From Candidatus Cloacimonadales bacterium (GTDB lineage Bacteria; Cloacimonadota; Cloacimonadia; Cloacimonadales; JAFGVF01), in NCBI GenBank assembly GCA_963667035.1, contig OY762964.1, positions 2,304,001 to 2,368,000 on the forward strand: a stretch of 64,000 nucleotides of DNA, read 5' to 3'. The notes beneath the pieces are model-generated. The model saw nothing but the letters and a program-made list of their open reading frames with translations, was not told the origin of the DNA and searched no databases. Numbering within the stretch: the stretch's first letter is position 1; every line of letters begins with the position of its first letter. This document shows positions 63,912-64,000 of the stretch, one piece after another. The position numbers and the translations under genes are program-made.

Positions 63912-64000
63912 TATCTTACCTCCTCTTTGTTATTTCCGGAGAGATATCTGATAAAAGCTTCTCTACTATTTATAACACTACTCCTGACAGTACTCTCTTT

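Overview
AT-rich bacterial chromosome segment. Two secreted proteins with the FlgD-Ig/T9SS-like 'N(Y/F)PNPFNP' tail and the general gene content suggest an FCB-group anaerobe, probably Cloacimonadota (inference). Most of the window is core genome: tilS-hpt-ftsH, guaB-xerD, a stand-alone fusA, rpsP-khpA-rimM-trmD-SPOUT-rplS, and the tRNA(Thr,Tyr,Gly,Thr)-tuf-rpmG-tRNA(Trp)-secE-nusG-rplKAJL-rpoBC-rpsL-rpsG cluster. It also has an anaerobe oxidative-stress operon (dfx, wHTH, rbr, a rubredoxin missed by the ORF track, ferritin-like) and several signalling genes (TPR-adenylate cyclase; a kinase-TPR-GAF-sigma54 activator fusion; an HK-RR-TonB receptor-YfiR operon). The most unusual stretches are non-coding or decayed. 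(1) An islet at about 20.5-24.6 kb holds a long dGTPase, dinD and four-helix-bundle pseudogenes, several REP-like families, inverted 7-bp arrays, an inverted 11-bp phased array and a candidate structured RNA. (2) A 120-bp palindrome built from 11-bp phased units lies at 57.9 kb. (3) Near-identical REP doublets bracket a secreted-protein gene and supply its stop codon. (4) RNAP beta' carries a nested sandwich-barrel-hybrid insertion. All family assignments come from motif recognition by eye; no database searches were run.
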